NCBI GenBank assembly: GCA_026770705.1
Contig: JANJGN010000159.1
Location: 992,001 to 1,056,000 of the forward strand
Origin: Isurus oxyrinchus
Taxonomy: Eukaryota
Length of the DNA: 64,000 bases
Reading direction: 5' to 3'
Below the pieces are notes generated by a model. That model had not been told where the DNA came from, did no database searches, and worked only from the letters and a program-made list of their open reading frames with translations. Position numbers and translations under genes: made by a program. This document shows, in pieces, positions 39,966-52,610 of the stretch (the stretch's first letter is position 1; the number at the start of each line of letters is the position of its first letter).

Positions 39966-40559
39966 GAAAAAAGAAGTGTGAAGATGAAACTAAAGACACT
40001 TAGCCATGAGAGGGATGGTAGCAACCTTAAAATCTACAATCAAAACAGAGAATGATCCAGATTAGTGAAAAACCTGGATAGTCTTTTTCCACTTATTGTG
40101 CTGAAAAAACAGATGATTGCTTGTTCATCACAGAGGGGTTTTATAGTGTTGCATGTAGGCACATACTGAAAATGGAAATATTCTACAGGGAAAGCATTCG
40201 GGGACAGAAGCAATAGCAGACAGGCAAGAAAAGGAAATCTGAAAGATAAAGGCCTAAAAATGCAGTGCCCACTTTTTCGGCACTAACCAGCCTTTCATAT
40301 TGCGACTGGAAGCACATGTTCATTAGAAGAAGCAAGTGAACTTATTATTGATAAAGGCAAGAAAATCAGCCTGTTGTTTCCTCCACTCAATATGGTGTTG
40401 GGTTTCGATCGATGGTAAAGCTTGCAGACAAATAAGGCAAATAAAATTTGAACAGGTATTTTAATGTTAGAACAAGGCAGAATAGGATGACTGGGGAGAA
40501 AGATTGTGATATTCAGCAGTGATATTTTATTGCACAGGACACCAAGGATTAACTTTCAA

Positions 40560-40895
40560 GGAATTAAGTTCCATTAGCTGAGAAATCTAGGACTAGGGGG
40601 GCATAGTCTCAAAGGTTAGAGCCAGGTCCTTTCAGGAGTGAAGTTGGGAAACGCTTCCACGTTTAAAGGGTGGGAGAAGTTTGGAACTCGTTTCCATAAA
40701 TGTTAACTGATGCTAGATCAATTGTTAATTTTAAATGTGAGATTGATAAATTTTTGTTAACCAGAGTTATTAAAGGATATGGGGAAAAAGCGGGTATTTA
40801 GAGTTAAGTTGCAGATTAGCTATGATCTAATTGGATGTCAGTAGGATGTCAGTACAGGTTCGAGGGGCTGAATGGCCTCCCCCTGTTCCTATGCT
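40560..40895 (+). mobile_element. CR1 3' fragment
   Basis: Typical 3' end aggggctgaatggcctccccctgttcctatg. Similar short CR1 3' ends at about 18840-19560, 28060-28390, 29410-29645, 41480-41760, 50470-50570, 56930-57030, 58320-58580 and 62840-62915. Confidence 0.8.
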
Positions 40896-41069
40896 CTTTC
40901 CAATGTTCCCAAAGTTATGAAATTCAGGAGGTGGAACAATGGCTTTGGAACTGATGCTGATTTAAATTGTTAAGGAAAATGCTGATTAAATTATAATTTG
41001 ACAAATTAAAAGTGTTTGCATAGATTTGTTTGGGGTGCTCAGAATCATGAGGGGTCCTTTTTTTCTTTA

Positions 41070-41462
41070 TTTTTTTGTGGGATGTGGGCATCTCTGGCAA
41101 GGCTAACATTTGTTGCCCATCCCTAATTGCCCTTGAAATGAGTGCCTTCCCAGGCCACTTCAGAGGGCATTCAAGAGTCAATCACATTGCCAAGGGTCTG
41201 GACTCACATGTAGGCCAGACAGGGTAAGGATGGCAGATTCCCTTCTCTAAAGGACATTAATGAACCAGATGGATTTTTACAACAATCAACAATGATTTTA
41301 TGGTCATTATTACTGAGACTGGCTCCTTGTTATATTTCAAATTTGTTAATTGAATTTAAGTTCCACCAGCTGCTGTGGTGGGATTTGAACCCTGTCCCCA
41401 GAACATTAGCCTGGGCCTCTGGATTACAAGTCCAGTAAAATTACCACTCTGCCATCATCTTC
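41070..41462 (-). mobile_element. tRNA-derived SINE (same family)
   Basis: Reverse-complement match; B-box gggatttgaacc on the + strand. Confidence 0.85.
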
Positions 41463-42184
41463 CTCTGAAGAGGGAGCAGATAGGAAGAACTGTTGTCAGA
41501 ACGGTTGGATTTAAGGTGATTGGCAAAAGAAGCAATAGTGATGTGAAGATAAGTTATTCACGCAGTGTGTGTTTAGGATCTGGAATGTGCTGCCTGAGAG
41601 TGTGGCTTTGAAAAGGGACTTGGATAAGCACCTGAAGGGAAATAATTTGCAGGGCTATGGGAAAGGGTGGGGGAGTGGGACTAGCTGAGTTGTTCTTACA
41701 GAGAGCCAGCACAAAGATGATGGGCCGAATGCGCTGTAACCATTCGAAGATTCTATAATTCTATCTGGCTAAGTCAACTAACAGAATAATGTGGCATTGG
41801 ACTACAGTGCGTACATGACCTTTAAAAATGGCTGGCTGCAGTTCTTGCCATTTGTTTAATAGAATTTCAGATCTGCTCAAATGCATGGCAACTTGAAAAT
41901 GCCCAGTGCTATTATTCTTTTGCGTTCATTCACTGCAAATGGAAGCAATGCATCTCATAACACACAACAACAACTTACATTGTGGCCTTAAGGCAATAAG
42001 TGCTTCACAAACAGGAATAATGAAACCAGACACTAAGCCAGGTAAATAGAGTTAGAAAGCGTGATTGAGGACTTGAGTGTGAAAAGAAGAACATTAAGGT
42101 TTTCAGAGCTGGAGAAAGAAGTGCAAAGAAGGAGAACTTTAGGGAGGGAATTCAAAAGAGTAAAATCAATACTCATAGTCGTAG

Positions 42185-42742
42185 TCATAGAGTCAGAGAG
42201 GTCTACAGCACAGAAAAAGGCCCTTTGGCCCATCAAGTCTGTGCCGGTCAAACAAATACCTAACTATTCTAATCCTATTTTCCAGCACTAGGCGCATAGC
42301 CTTGTATGCCATGGCATCACAAGTGCACATCTAAATACTTCTTAAATGTTATGAGGGTTTCTGCCTCTACCACCCTTTCAGGCAGTGATTTCCAGATTCC
42401 TACCACCCTCTGGGTGAAAAAAATCTTCCTCACATCCCCTCTAAGCCTCCTGCCTCTTACTTTAAATCTATCCCCCTGGTTATTGATCCCTCTACCAAGG
42501 GGAGCAGTTCCTTCCTGTCTACCCTATCTATGCCCCTCATAATTTTATACACCTCAATCATGTCCCCCCTCAATGTCCTCTGTTCCAGGGAAAATAACCC
42601 CAATCTCTCCAATCTCTCCTCATAACTAAAGCTCTCCAGCCCAGACAAAATCCTGGTAAATCTCCTCTGCACTCTCTCTACTGCAACACATCCTTCCTAA
42701 AATGTGGATTCCAGAACTGCACGCAATACTCTAGCTGTGGCA
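42185..42742 (-). mobile_element. CR1 LINE 3' fragment, same subfamily as 10225-11580
   Basis: Near-identical to 10225-10785 by eye; QRRFTRILSGLESFSYEERL. Confidence 0.95.
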
Positions 42743-44543
42743 CATTGAGCTTTATTAACAAGGCCCTTAGTTAATGTTCCCATCCAGGCAGATTTAGCAC
42801 TCAGGTATCGAGTATGGAGCCTGCAGCCCTGGCATGTGTTGAAGTTCCACCTGTGGTGTTCTAGCTGAAGGTTCGTTGGATTAAAGCCTCCCGGGTGTCC
42901 CTGCCTCCCTGGAGTATGCCCAGGTCAGCGTCTACCCCCTTAGCATTTCCCTGTGCGTGCTCATCCTCGGACTCACTGCTGGACTCATCGTGTGCAGCCG
43001 CAGCTACTGCGTCTACATCTTCTTCGCCCACAGCGTCCACCCCTTTCCAGCGCAAATTTATGGAGAGCGCAGCATGCAACCATTATCAACGACACACGAT
43101 CTGGGGGATAATGGAGTGCGCCCCCGAGCGGTCCAGGCATTGGAAGTGCATCTTGAGAAGACAGATGGCTCTCTCCACCACAGCCCTTGTGGTGCCGTGG
43201 CTCCTATTGTACGTCTGCTCAGCTTCTGTTCTTGGATGGCGGAGAGGTGTCATGAGCCACCTTCTGAGGGGATAGCTCTTGTCACCCAGCAGCCATCAAT
43301 CCAGCCGGGCTGGAGCACTGAAGAACCCCGGCACCTGGGAGTGTCTGAGGATGTAGGCGTCATGGGAGCTGACTGGGTACCTTGCACAAACTTGTAGAAT
43401 CTGCATCCTGTGATCACACACTATCTGCATGTTCATGAGTGGTAGCCCTTCCTGTTGACAAAGGCACTGGGCTCACCCACTGGTGCCTTGATGGCCACAT
43501 ATGTACAGTCTATAGCACCCTGGACATGGGGGAAGCCAGCAATCGTGGCAAAGCCTCTGGCTCGCTGTGTCTGGCTTGCCTGGTCCCAACGGAAGTGGAT
43601 GAAGGTCAATGCCTGAACAGAGCGTCTGTAACCTGCTTGACACAAGTGTGGACAGCTGTTTGGAAGACACCGTAAAGATCACCCACCGAGCCCTGGAAGG
43701 AGCCAGAGGCATAGAAGTTGAGGGCAGCTGTGACCTTTAGAGCCACTGACATGGGGTGTCCACCCACATGGTTTGCAGAGATCTCAGGGCCTATCATCTG
43801 GCAGATACAGTTGACTGTCTCCTTTGAGAGACGGAGCCTCCTTCGGCACTGCACCTCAGACATTTTGAGGTAGCTGCTTCACTGCCTGTAAACCCTGGCA
43901 GCAGGATAGTGGTGTCTTCTGTGGCCCCTTCCGCCTTGGACTTCCTGTTGGCCTTGCACCCCTTGTGCCTGCACCTCTCCTCCCAAAGGTGGCTCCCCTG
44001 GAGGCTGAATGTACACTCCTGGCCTCCTCCCCCTTCTGGCCCTCCCATTCTCCTCAGAGGAGGTGCTCCAGTGGAGGCTAAGGGGAGGTTCCCTTAAACC
44101 TGCAGGCCCCAAAAAGGATCTTCTCTGTAGAGTGCTAACCTGAAGGTTGTGATTCCTATCCCAGCAGCTGGTATGAGTTTTGAAGTATTTCTGCTCACAC
44201 AGGCAAGTATCAGTAACTTTCAAAAATAAATATCTGATACAGCACATCTGCAACTCCACTGACCCCTCTTATCCTGCCCCTGGATGAGGTTTATACAAAT
44301 GTGTCCTACCTGCCTGCCCATTGTGCCTGTGCGCTGATCTGAAAATTGCGCCGGGCCCTGTAAATTTGGCCTTCAGTTGGTACCTCAAGGGCCTTAAGTG
44401 GCCTGTTAATTAATGGCGGGCGAACATCTGAGATCATCGCGTGTCTGCCCACCGAAATATCGCGATGGCGCTCAGTGACGTTATCGTGCGTCATTTCACA
44501 TGTGGGGCTCGCACCCCTGCATGGTAACAGGAAAATTCTGTCC
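42743..44543 (-). mobile_element. Truncated Harbinger element carrying a HARBI1-like transposase
   Basis: One TIR ggaaaattctgtcc ending at 44543, with a CpG-rich subterminal region. The other end is lost at the junction with a CR1 at about 42742. Confidence 0.8.
42861..44100 (-). pseudogene. Frameshifted PIF/Harbinger DDE transposase (HARBI1-like, DDE_Tnp_4 type)
   Basis: Motifs MSEVQCRRRLRLSKETV; KVTAALNFYASGSFQ; GFPHVQGAIDCTYVAI...FVNRKGYHS; [14 protein letters not shown]; [16 protein letters not shown]; acidic tail ending REALIQRTFS*. Several stops and frameshifts. Confidence 0.9.
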
Positions 44544-45514
44544 CATGAGTTGATTATTTAGCTTTCCAGTTAGCAACTGTCTCTTTTTACCAAATATAAC
44601 CTCTCTCATCGCTATCCTCGTACTTATTTTTGTTGCACCTTCCATCTGCAGATGTTATGCTTCCTAAAACTGGAATTCTTCCACCCATCCTTGTGCTCTC
44701 CCTTCCATGCCCCATATGAATATTTCTTGGAGATTTTGAGATATGCAACGCTTTGGCAAAACGAATGTTCGCTTTCATTCCAAATGTCATGCCTGCTGTT
44801 ACTAATCTATCTACTAGTTCGTCTAATCCTTCTTCTATGCTTTGTGATCTGCAAGTCTAACTGATGTTATCATTCACTCCCCAGCATGCCCCCCCCCCAC
44901 CATCTTAATGTCAGATTCCTCATACTTACTTCATTTCAAATTTGCCTTAGGATACACTGAAAGTGGTTTCCCTGGATATAAGACGCCTAGACTCAACACA
45001 GCTCTGAGATGTAATCTAATTTCCAAAACTTTGGAGCTAAAACAGAGCAGTGATGGCAATGACAGCAGTAAACAGGTAGGAAATACACAATTATACAATG
45101 TACGCTGTACAGTTTAGTAACTGTCAGGACTCGGGGAACAATTATTCATTTTCATGGTTGCTATTATTCAGATATAGGAGAAGTTGATATTTATTGGGAA
45201 GTACTTTTTTAGTATTTATAAATATTTACACCCAATCAAAATGCAGACATCACATTTTGGCTTTGTTACATGTTCCAGATAAAAGTTTTGTGAAGATAAG
45301 ATTAATAATAAATTAGAGAATCTAGTATTAAGAGGGCAAACCTGAAAGAACCAATAAAATGGAAAAAGCTTAATCCTCTTTATTGGAAAATATCAGTATT
45401 GTATTTGTAATGATGGGTCTAAAATAACTGTACAAGACCAGTAAAACAATTGCAAATCGACCTTCCTGTCACTTGCCATTTCAATTCAGCATCTTTCTCT
45501 CATCACAGTGTTGT

Positions 45515-47740
45515 TATGATGCAGAAAGAGGCTACTTGGACCATCATGTCTGCACCTGCTCACTGACCATTATGACTCAGTGCCATTCTCCTGCCTTTTC
45601 CCCGTACCCTTACATATTGTTTCTATTCAAATAATCATCTAATGCCCTCTTGAAAACCTTGATTGATCCTGCCTGGACCACACTTCCAGACAGTGCATTC
45701 CAGACCCAAACCACTCGCTGTGTGAAAAAGATTTTTTCACATCCGATTTGCTTCTTTTGCAAATCCCTTTAAATCTCGTTCTCGATCCTTTTTACGAGTT
45801 GGAACAGTTTCTCCCTATCTATTCTGTCCAGTCCCCTCATGACTTTGAACACCTCCATCAAATCTCCTCTTAGCCTTCTCCTCCTCAAGGAGATCAGTCC
45901 CAGCTTCTCCAATCTATCTTCATAACTGAAGTTTTTCATCACTGGAACCATTTTTCTAAACCTCTCCTGTACTCTCTCCAATGTGTTCACAGCCTTCCTA
46001 AAGAGTGGCTCCCAAAATTGTACACAACACTCCAATTAACTAGTGTCCTATACAAGTTCAGCATAATCTCCTTGCTCTTGTATTCTATGCCCCCATTAAT
46101 AAAGCCTAGGATAATGTAAGCTTATTATCTGCTCTCTCCACCTGTCCTGCCACCATTAATGACTGATGCACATATACACCCAGGTCCCTCTGCTCCTGCA
46201 CACCCTTTAGATTTATACCCTTATCTTATATTGTCTCTCCATGTTCTTCCAACCAAAATGAATCACCTCACATTTCTCTGCATTGAACTTCATCTGCCAT
46301 CTATTGGCCCACTCCATCAACTTGTCTATGCTCTTTTGAAGTTCTACATTGTCCTCCTCACAGTTTACAATGCTCCCAAGTTTTGCCTTATCCGGAAACT
46401 TTGAAACTGTCCCCTGCAAAGCAAGATCTAGATCCTTAATATATGTCAGGAAAAGCAAAGGTCCCAGTACCAGCCCCTGGGGAACTCCACAACAAACCTT
46501 CCTCTAGCCTGAAAAATATCCATTAACCATTACTCACTGTTTCCAATTACTCAGTGTGAGAATGAATGTTTTTTAAAAAATATTTTTTGGGAATATTGTG
46601 TTATTCTGTGAAGAGGGCTGTGATTTGATTAAGCTGGGGAAAAGTCACTAGACACACGTTGTCTGGGAACTATAACACATGAAAGGATAGAGACGTGCAT
46701 TTGTGATGAGGTATTATGCTGGATTGAGGTACAAGTAAATAGGTTGGATCTAACATTTGTATTTTCAGATAAGTTGAGAGTTTGTTTGAATATCAAAGGG
46801 AAGTGAGAGGTAATAAGAAACATTTTTGCATCTTACAGGAGTAAGATGGGTAACATGGGTAAACAGAAGAGGGTATGTTACATTTTATTGACCTGAAAAC
46901 AGAGATGAAATAGAAACATGAAAGTTTTTATATTTAGAAGGATTTGAGCTTCAAGGAGGTGTGAGAACAATGGAACCTGAGATGAAAGCGGTGAAAAAGT
47001 ATCTTAGAGTTTCTGAGGAGAGCTTAGGAGTTGGCTGTTGGCTGTTGGCTGTTGGCTGGGTGAGGAAGACCTGGAAACAGCTCTAGGCTGGGAGAAGATG
47101 CTGTTTGAATCCGCCATCCAGTCAAGCAAAAATGCCTTGGCCTGCAAAATGTAGTCTTGTTCTGAAGTTTTGAGTTTCCACAGCAGAGTGGAAGAGAGTT
47201 TAAGAGGTTGTGTGGTTTGCCTTTAGCTACAGCAGTTTGTCTTCGGTAATATTACTGTATTTTTATAGTTAAACATCTGTAAGGGAGTGTTGCCTGGAAG
47301 GTGTTTATTTGTGGGTCCAACCAAGTAGGAGTCTTTTGGGGGATGTCTTGAAAGTCTAGTTTTAATTGTGTAACTGTAATCTTGTGTGCTTAAGTTTTGT
47401 TTTCTTCTTGTTAATAAAACTTTTACTTTTAATTTTTAAAATCCCAGAAGTGTTTCTGGACTTCTTGCTGCTGAGATTAGTATGTTTTCTCCTCATTTCC
47501 AGAATGCAAAAAAAAAGTATGGTCCATAAGCCAAGTTTCCCTCTGAGATGTAGTTTGCTCAGCAATTAACATCTGCTGTGGTCATAACATCAGCCAATTT
47601 TGTATCCATGTTGCTATTGTCCCTCTTATTTCACGAGCAATAACTTTTCTCACAAGCCTGTTGTGTGGCACTGTATCCAATGCCTTTTGGGGGTCCAGGT
47701 ACACCACATCAATGGCATTACCTTCACCAACCCGCTCTTA
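45515..47740 (-). mobile_element. CR1 LINE fragment interrupted by solo LTR 46555-47589
   Basis: WQMKFNAEKCEVIHFG, LERVQERF...SYEDRLEKLGL, RLRGDLMEVFK. RT sequence continues at 47594-47740. Confidence 0.9.
46555..47589 (+). mobile_element. Solo LTR (1035 bp) inserted in a CR1 RT fragment
   Basis: TG...CA termini. Exact TSD TCAG at 46551-46554 and 47590-47593. AATAAA at 47413. CR1 flanks rejoin (ttac-tcag-ccaattttgtatcc). Confidence 0.85.
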
Positions 47741-48059
47741 TACCTGATGCTCATATTTCTACCTTGCCCTGTTACAATGGGTGTGAACATCCATGGAGTG
47801 GCAATCACACTTGGTTTGCCACCCCGCTCCTAGTTTCTTAGCTGGCCACTCCTTTCTTGCTCAACCTTTTGACTCAGGTCAGAAAGAACTGAGTAGGGCT
47901 GCACTCCTGAGGCCTTCAGTCAAGGGATGGAGAGTCGAAGGTAAAGAAGCCATACCTTCTTTTTTACAGCACTCACTGTCGTAAATCAGGTAGGTGTAAA
48001 GGTCCTGCCACTTTCAGAAACCAAAGAGAAGATAAGTTTATAAGGAAAATGGTTATGAT

Positions 48060-48360
48060 TGGGGGGGTGGGGGGTGGTGAGTGTGGGTTTTGGGTGGTTA
48101 TTGGAGGGGGGAGTTAGGTGGTTAGTGGTGGGGTGAGGTCGGTCTGGAGGGGTTCGGTTTGTCAGTTTGAGGGATGGGGAGCAGATGCTTAGTGAAGAGT
48201 GGGGGGCTGGGGTGATAGGATGGTTGAGGGATTGGGGGGGTGTTGGGTGCTCAGGTTGGGAATTGAATGGTTAGTGGATGGTGGAAGACTGGTGGTTTGG
48301 GGAGTCAGGTGGTCAATGGGGGTTCCATGGGGGGTTGGAGGGTGAGGAGAGCCCTGTGGG
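48060..48360. repeat. GT/G-rich low-complexity tract
   Basis: Dense G runs on the + strand. Confidence 0.8.
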
Positions 48361-48662
48361 GAGTCAATATTATAGTTACCCAGGAGTTCAAAGTGCTTTT
48401 AATTCTTCTAATGTTTTCTGGGTAACTATTCTGGTAAGTCAGGTGGAACCATTTGAAGTTTAATCCTACTTTCAGGTGGTTTCAATTGCAGGGCAATTGC
48501 CTAACAGAAGTTAGAATTTACTGGGCAATTGCCATGCAATCCTTAACCTGGGGACGTTGGGTGGGGGGACGGGGGGTGTTCCTCAGTGCATCTTTGGGGT
48601 AACCGGCCCCACTTGCCTTTCCAGTTAAGATGCCCAGAAGCTCGAAAATCATGAGCCAATGT

Positions 48663-49335
48663 TCCACCTCATCTTCCGATTAGGCACTTTGCAGCCTTCT
48701 GGACTCAACATTGAGTTCAGCAACCTCAGACCATGAACTCTGTTCTCCATTTTGATTTTTTTCCCCACCAAGTGCCTGTCTGTATCTTGTTCTCATGTTT
48801 TTGCTTTCAGACAGTGCCAACCTTTTATCTGCTAGTAATACATTCTGCTATTCTCCTTCCGAGTCTAATATGGCTTCTTCAGAACTGAGAAGGTGATGGG
48901 TTTTATGCTGTTGAGAAAGGGGGTAGGGTCAGGTGGAGCAAAAGAGAAGGTCAGGTATAGGTTAAAGGGCAGGTGAGACTAAATGACAAAGATGCCTTGG
49001 AACACATGATATTTATTGCTGACCTTTGTTTTGCTATTAATACATACTCTGGAAGAAAGCTTTAGTCTTTCAATACTATCATTACCAATTTTTTTGTTTT
49101 GTGTTCCATGACATCTTTGTCATTTAATCTCTTCTGCCCTTTAACCTATCCCTGACCTTCTCTTTTGCTCCACCTGACCCTCCCCCCTTTCTCAACAGCA
49201 TAAAACCCATCACATTCCCACCTTCTCAGTTCTGAAGAAGTCATATTAGACTCAAAACATTAGCTCTGTTTCTCTCTCCAAAGATGCTGTCAGACCTGCT
49301 GGGTTTCAATAGCAATTTCTGTTTTCATTTCAGTC
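48663..49335 (+). mobile_element. Penelope-like fragments with internal inversion
   Basis: HLIFRLGTLQPSGLNIEFSNLRP* at about 48666-48735. 48861-49005 is an inverted copy of 49101-49254. pLTR motif at 49225-49335. Confidence 0.8.
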
Positions 49336-49519
49336 AAACAACTCACTGTCTTTGCCAGGCAGAAACTGCCCAAATTTCTTTCCTTGTCTACTCAACTTTC
49401 TCCACTTGATTAATTTCAGCTCTTTCTACTTTTTCCTCCATCACTGCTGTGGTGTCCTCTCGGCTTCAGTCTCACAATCACACAGAGAACGAAGACAGGA
49501 TAATGCTGCCCTTGAGAAG

Positions 49520-49990
49520 GAGGTTCACTGGGATGGTATCAGGGGTAAAAAGATTTCATGTTTTGTGGAGAGACTAGAGAAACTGGAGTTGTTCACCTTG
49601 GAGCTGAGAAGGTGAAGGGACAATTTTATAGAGGTGTTCAAGAGCTTTCGTAGAGCAAATGAGGCAAAACTGTTTCCAGTGGCAGGAGGATCAGTAACCA
49701 GAGGGCACAGATTTAAGATAATTGGCAAAAGAACCAGAGGTGACATGAGGGGAACAAAATGATGCAGCAAGTTTTTGTAATCTGGAATATGCTGCTTGAA
49801 AGGGCAGTCGAAGCAGATTCAACAGGAGCTTTCAAAAGGGGAAATTGGATAAATATTTGAAGAGGAAATTTTTGTACGGTACTGGAAAAGAGCAGGGTAG
49901 GTGGGACTAATTCGACAGCTCCTTCATGGAGCCATCACAGGCACGATGGGCTGAATAGCCTCCAAGTGTATTGTCCTATGACTCTATGTA
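49520..49990 (+). mobile_element. CR1 3' fragment
   Basis: ERLEKLELFTLELRR, agagggcacagatttaag, 3' tail ctatgactctatg. Confidence 0.85.
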
Positions 49991-51844
49991 TCCTTTGTGC
50001 AGGAAAGGAAATAAATCTCTTTCACTGATACTGAGAATGCTGGGATTGTTCTGTTCCATCACCACTGGCACAGTCATCACATGACCTCCTGTCTCCAACT
50101 GCCACACCCACATACTCCAGCCATTGGCTGCCCCACATTTACATACTCATCGGTGCCTGCCTTCCCATGGGCAATTGAAAAGTGAATACACTCATGGCGA
50201 TTAGCCAATTGGAAGATTCCTGAGCCATGCATGGCCAATATTTTCATAACTAATGAACTATACAAAAAACGTAATTGGGAGAAAAGTTTGTAACTAGTGG
50301 ACATGTAGGGATGGAGGACATGTAGGGGCCATAAGGAATGATCCCTGTAACTGAATGGAGAGGTCCAAGGCTCACGTAATAGCGTAACTCTCTTCAGTAT
50401 TCTAAGATGTTTGACATCAGCCCCTTTGCCAGTTACTACTTTTAAGTATGTTAGGTTGAATGATAACCACATGAATTAGGAGCAGGAGTAGGCCATTAGA
50501 CCTCTTGAGCTTGCTCTAGCATTCGATAAGACAATGGCTGACCTGATTTGGCCTTAACCCCACTTTCCTGGTACCACTCTCGCAGAATTGTTACACTCTT
50601 GTACCATCTTTACCTCTTATAAATTCCAGTGTCACCACATTTATCATTGAAACTGCCTATGTAAACTTGTCATGCTGTAATTCCACCCTCTTGCCACATC
50701 TGGCACTGTAGCACCCTAGTTCTGTGTGTCTCAGCTCCTTTGCCTGGGCTACAAAGTAACCCCTATGATCCAACCAACACCACATCTCTATTTTCTTAAT
50801 GCAGTAAATTGTGCCAGTTAATTAGAAATAATGACATGAAATCAAGGTATTTTACAAAACTAAGGACTTTTCACATGCCTCTAAAGCGGATGCCGAATTA
50901 TGTCTATGTACACAGGTCCAATTAATTCTGGCTTTCCAAACCCCTCCTTCATCTGAAGATGATCTGCTGTCTTGACTCCTCGTTTGCAACACCGTGGGAG
51001 ATTGATTAATGGTAGCACTTTGTGCACAGCCTGTCTTTAACAAATGAGAAGATCGCAGTGGGCTGTATGTCACCAACAGCTTTAATCCCAAAAATAGGCT
51101 GACGAAAAGATGAAACAGAGGTTATTGAAATATTAGTCTCCCATAAATCTTTATAGATATGAAATAGCCACATAAACCACCCTGCAACCTCAAAGCTACT
51201 GCTGTCCTACATTGTCATGAGAAACAAAAATAAATTGACTGCCATTCATGTGTTATCTTAATTACCACAATTATAACTTAATTACTAAGATTAATTTTAT
51301 GCATAAGTGTAAACCAGCTTTGTGGAAGGAAAAACACTGACTCACCAGATCATGTCATTCGTTTCACCCTCTCCCAAGCCTAGTCCTGGCATCTTCTATT
51401 TTGTTTAAGAGTCAACCTCCTGAGTTGCTGCACATAGGGACTCAAGAGGATGGTTCAGGTCAAACAAGGCTAGAAGGTTGAGCAATAATTGAACTAAGGT
51501 TGGGGGATGGGTAGAGGTGGATGGAAGAAAAAGTTGTGCAGGGAGAGTGGGAGCCAGGTGGAAGGAGGAGCGGAGGGAACAGGATAATGTGTAGACTGCA
51601 GACAATCTCAGCCGGGAGGTGGGGTGAAAGAGGCCGAGGCTAAAAACACATCTGCTGGGGAGGAGGAGGGGGTGCTGGAGCGGCAGGAAGCATTGGCCAT
51701 TAAACCCTTTCAGCAAGGCGGGAGGGAGGGCAGTGGGGTGGGATTACAAAAGATCAAAAGCCACCTGGGTATGGGAATCATGGGCAGACTAGAAGATAAA
51801 CAGGCACAACAGGAAGTGAGCCAGGACAGTAACTCAGATTGGAG

Positions 51845-52100
51845 CAGATACATGGGAACACCGCCACCGGGAAGTTCCCCTCCAAGCCACTCACCATCCT
51901 GACTTGGAAATATATCGCCATTCCTTCACTGTCACTGGGTCAACAACCTGGAACTTCCTCCCTAACAGCACTGTGGGTGTACCTACACCACATGGACTGC
52001 AGCAGTTCAAGAAGGCGGCTCACCACCACCTTCTCAAGGGCCACTAGGGATGGGCAACAAATGCTGGCCCAGCCAGCAATGTCAACATCCTGTGAATGAA
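51845..52100 (+). mobile_element. LINE family B 3' end
   Basis: Matches 12420-12665 in reverse; ends gaatgaat. Confidence 0.85.
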
Positions 52101-52359
52101 TTTGAAAAAAGCAATGGGCTGGTGCTGAGTATAGAAACATTTGCATGTGTGTGTATGAGGAAGATCAGAAGCAAATCTACCTATCCAATCTAATCTTCAA
52201 TGTTATTCTCGTTTCCAATTTATTCACCAACCCTTGAAATAAATCTTTTTGTAAAGATCCTTCTCATGCTACAATTAATCAATAGCATTTTTTCTAGGCT
52301 CCTCAGCTTGCTGGGAACAGTCAGCTTCTATTTATTTTGTCCCATTCTTTCATAAGAAC

Positions 52360-52610
52360 TAAGGGAGTGCTGCACTGTCAGAGGTGCTGTCTTTTGTTAG
52401 AGAGAGGCCCTGTCTGCCCATGCAGGTGGATGCAAAAAATCTCATGGCATAATTTTGAAGACGTCCATGGTGTCCTGGCCAAAATGTATCCCTCAATCAA
52501 AATCAAAAAACAGATTACCAAGGTCATTATCACATTGCCGTTTGTGGGAGCTTGCTGTGTGCAAATTGACTGCAGTGGTTCCTACATTACAACAGAGACT
52601 ACACTTCAAA
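52360..52610 (+). mobile_element. Deu-domain SINE fragment
   Basis: agggagtgctgcactgtcagaggtg...gactacacttcaaa. Confidence 0.8.

Noticed and set aside
42861-44100. Domesticated HARBI1 gene
   Set aside because: Multiple stops and frameshifts and an adjacent TIR indicate a decayed transposon copy.
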